NCBI GenBank assembly: GCA_009103225.1
Contig: RHPI01003389.1
Location: forward strand, 956,864-1,020,863
Reading direction: 5' to 3'
DNA: 64,000 nucleotides
Origin: Chlorokybus atmophyticus
Lineage: Eukaryota > Plantae > Mesostigma and Chlorokybus algae
Below, in pieces: positions 60,400-64,000 of the stretch. Position 1 is the first letter of the stretch. Each line of letters opens with the position of its first letter. The notes below the pieces were generated by a model. It did not search any database, was not told where the DNA came from, and saw only the letters and a program-made list of their open reading frames with translations. The position numbers were made by a program, and so were the translations under genes.

Positions 60400-61966
60400 C
60401 ATTCAGTGCATGTATCCAACAAGGTTCTCGTGTGACTCCGTCTAAGCGCCGTAGGAACTTGTTTATGGCGCTTGATACTCCCATCACGTCTAATGTCACT
60501 GACGCTGAAACAGGTCATTAATGTCATCGTTGCAGAGGTTCCAACCTGATCATGTGAACTATATGAACGCAGGGGAAGCAATGTCGCGTTTGCCAACTTA
60601 CCAATTTACACTTGAGCTCATGCGTGCTGCTATCGACACTTTCGCACCAACCTGCTTCGTGAAGTACAAAACAACGCTTGTCTACACTACGAAAGTAAGG
60701 CAAATTGCACCATTGTTTACACACACCACTGATGGCATTGTTTGCAGATGTCAAACTGGTTGATGAGAACACAGCCCTTCGCGAGCGCAGCCTGAAGCAA
60801 GCAAAGCAGCTACGCTAAATTCAGACACAGCCTGATCCCCAGATCGCTGCAAAGCTGTTGAAAATGATCAGTGAATACAATTGTCTGCGTGTAGGCCATG
60901 CTGCTGCGGAACAACGCTTTGCTGACCTGGAGCGTGCTGAGCCCGCCAAAATGACAGAAAGCGTAAAAAATGCAGACGCAGCAAGCATCGTGGGTTTACG
61001 CAAGCAGCTGACAGAAACTCAGCGCAGGGCCACACAATTGCAGCAACATAATGAGCGCTATGATGCAAAATTGGCGCGTTTGCAATGCCAGATTGGAGAA
61101 GCCAACCAGACAATTACTGCACCCAAAAAAAAGGTGTGTGTGTTCCTGCACTGTTAGATTTTCAAGCAATTGACTTGCTGTTGTAGATCTCAGAGTTGAC
61201 AAGCGTCTTGCGTCTTCAAACGGTTAACTGGCAATTTCGTGAGCGTGTTGAACCCAGTAGTGTGCAGTTCAAGCTTCCAGCAGCAACTGAAAGTCACCAG
61301 AAAGGAGTTAGACAGCTTGGCAAAGTACATGTTGAAAGAGATCGTGATCGACCTTGCTGGACAGGTACTGAACAATTACATTTATTAAATGTATTAATAA
61401 ATGCAACACTTTGGTGTTCACTGGTTTGGTATCGCTCCCCAATTGCTGAGATGTTAACAGGCAGCAACATCTGTAACACTTACGCTTACACTTACACTTG
61501 CAACTGCAACACTTACCAAACACTCTGGGAGAAGCTTTGTACCTACCTTTGTACCTACCTACCTCTGCACAGTTGCCACGTTGCTGCGTGAAGCAGCAAC
61601 AACCGAAGAAATCCATCAACATGTGCGCTAGGACTACAAGGGCAAGCGCGTGGTAGACAGTGAAGATAACACATGCGGGATCTGCTGCGAACAAAAGCCA
61701 GTGGAAGCATCGCTACCAATGCCATGTTGCGGAGCTACACTGTGCCGTCAGTGCTTGAAAAGCTGCGCACAGAATCTCACCCTCAAGTTGAGTGTCCTTT
61801 CTGCCGCTGCTTTCAACTTAATTTTATGTATCGCCTACCACGTGGTGCAGCGCCCCCCAATTTCCCTGTATATGAAATGAGCAGCAGTGAAGATAATGAG
61901 GATGTCGATACACACAATACCGGTGCTGCTGGCGCTGGGCCTTCGCAGCCACCCCCGCTTGAATAA
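60400..61966 (+). pseudogene. Spliced coiled-coil plus RING finger gene
   Basis: Heptad-rich exon (LRKQLTETQRRATQLQQHNERYDAKLARLQ) and RING CGICC...PCCGATLCRQC...CPFC. In-frame TAA near 60817 and a 1-nt frameshift inside the RING. Confidence 0.6.
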
Positions 61967-63131
61967 ACCTGTATTTCATGGTACCCGTTTTGCCCTTGTA
62001 GATGCATATGTCAAGTTTGTCAATTGAACAATCTTGTGCTCTGTTAATACCTGTATGGTTATGTTGTTATGGAACATGCTTATACAACATCCACTTGCAC
62101 GCCGTACACATTGTGTTGTCACTGTGTGATATTCGCAACAGGCAACATACGGATATTTTTGATCTTTTGTGCATTCAACTAGGCTGGCAAGCAAAGTGGA
62201 CATTGCTATGAATGCACAATGCATGTGTTCAAACCATTTGCACAATTCCGACTATTGCAGCGTATGTTGTTAATGTATATATGAGTATGAGACATTGCCA
62301 CAGTGCAGTAACCATGCTGTTGCACAAGGTTTGCAGCACCCAGTTGAGTCGACTGTTTTCCATTGCCATGTGTGTCAGCGCCCCATGACATAGTGTACAG
62401 CACATGAAGGTTAAACATTGCAGGATAGTCTTTGCCAAGATCAGAGCCGCAAGGCGATCAGTGTATACACACATGCTAATGCACCGCAATTGTCTCCATC
62501 CACCTGTGCGGAAGGTGACGAATTCAGCATCTTTCACATGCATACACTCCACTGCATACACTTACACCCAACACCACAGCATACGTACATATATGAAGTT
62601 ACACCATCACAGCTACCAATATGCACCCACCTGTATCATATCGAGTTTGTGCGACACTAAAGCATGATGTCGCACAAACTGTCAAAAACACATGGTGAAC
62701 CCCACACAAACAATAGCCAATATTACGCCATTCTCATGTTTTTATTGCCAAAACCGCTACCACTACGTCGGCGCGCTCAAAACGCTTTGAACCTTGCTGG
62801 GTTGCCTTCATCCATATTGTCACCTTTGCACCTACGAGAGTCGTATTGGGCGATATACTTAGCTTCTAACCAATCTATGCGCGCCTTGCAATGTCCTAAA
62901 AACTTTCAACTACACTTGCTCTTCAAAACATTTACTGCTATCTAAGGCAGGCAACATTTTCTTAGGCGGGTGTCTACGATGTTTTCTATAAGGTCGACCT
63001 GGGTGGCTACTTTAACCGATATACTTTCTGTGCTGCCACATGCATCAACTTGTACATAAACTTCGCACCTGTGTTCATGGGTTGCGCATGATTTTTAAGG
63101 TACGTGCAGAGGCCCTGATGTTGGTGTTGGC

Positions 63132-63469
63132 TGTTGAGAGTCAATCTTACATACAATCAGCATCGACCCTCCACACAGGAGTAGAAGGTCGTAAGGACGA
63201 GCACTAGGTCCGGACTTAGCAAGATGGCGTCGTCGGACCAGACTCCGGACTCCAGACTGGTGCCTTACTAACTGCTTTGTATCTCCGCGTATACTTACTC
63301 ATATTAGGCGTGTAAGAGCTTGTTGGAAAGCTCTAGTTGTAAACAAGACAACGCGGCTTAGAGCGCGTCAAAAGGCTGAGTATAGCTTACGCAATGCTTG
63401 CAAACGTAGACGTGTGTGTAACTGGTTGGTATAAGAAGAAGCGGACAACTTGTAATAGATGAATGTGAT
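63132..63469 (+). repeat. Inverted remainder (about nt 89-424) of the Copia 5' LTR begun at 56113
   Basis: Its reverse complement continues exactly where 56200 stops. It shares variants with the 51618 LTR and is followed by TSD GCCAA. Confidence 0.93.
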
Positions 63470-63471
63470 CT

Positions 63472-64000
63472 GGGGAGTTAGCGTGCACTCTCCCAAACAC
63501 GCTTCATTGATGGCCGGATGATGGCACGCAGGGGCACCAGGTCGATGACGGGTCGAATGTCAGGCTTGATGGACCTGGGTTCGACTAGGAGGCGGAGGAC
63601 CAGGAGTCGGAGGAGGCGGCGGCGGCGGCGTGGCACATCTTGCGAGAAGTTGTGGTCGTAAGAGTTCAAGCAACGAAGCCAGCTACTACCGGTCGCCACG
63701 TCATGAATCATGGCAGGCGTCAGCAATGGGGCTGTCCAACATGCATCACCAACATTGGACAAACCAGCAGGCAAGCTATTAAAGACCATCTTCACACAAA
63801 GAGCTGCTTGGTGGCTCGCTTTCTGCAACAAGGAGTGGATCAGAAGCTGCAATCCTTGGAGCCCCTTGTCAGAACCATGCGGGACCAATTGCGGCTGTGT
63901 GGGAACAAGCACAAAGGAATGCAGAGGTACGCTCAACAGTCACATGCATTTCCTTGCAAGAGCAATTTGTTTTTTAGCGCAGTCCATGTGATATACGCAG
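63472..64000 (+). mobile_element. Third fragment of the cargo transposon (copy of 10568 to about 11095), running off the window
   Basis: Close nucleotide match beginning GGGAGTTAGCGTGCAC. Confidence 0.88.

Overview
Eukaryotic DNA, most likely a green alga or early streptophyte. This is inferred from short GT-AG introns, plant-type PEX13, ACX3 and TIN1 homologues and a plant-type tRNA-Glu. A small host-gene island (about 30-42 kb) sits between two nested transposon blocks. Left block: a decayed chromovirus-type Ty3/gypsy element (749-28488, minus) contains a pogo-like MITE, a MITE of a TIR family, and a 19.4-kb insertion (7556-26939; about 14.5 kb without a nested Copia). That insertion is a cargo-carrying DNA transposon with short TIRs, a 2-bp TSD, subterminal repeats and a Plavaka/CMC-type transposase. 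Its cargo includes a Tudor-domain protein fused to a prokaryote/phage-type C5 DNA methyltransferase, a spliced OTU-deubiquitinase plus RING protein, and several zinc-finger or unknown genes. A young intact Copia with identical LTRs inserted into the last codons of the methyltransferase. Right block: a decayed Helitron, a gag/protease-only Copia, a second Copia whose 5' LTR was split by a 7.3-kb inversion, a deleted second copy of the DNA transposon, and the start of a third fragment. All homology calls come from motif recognition by eye; no database search was run.
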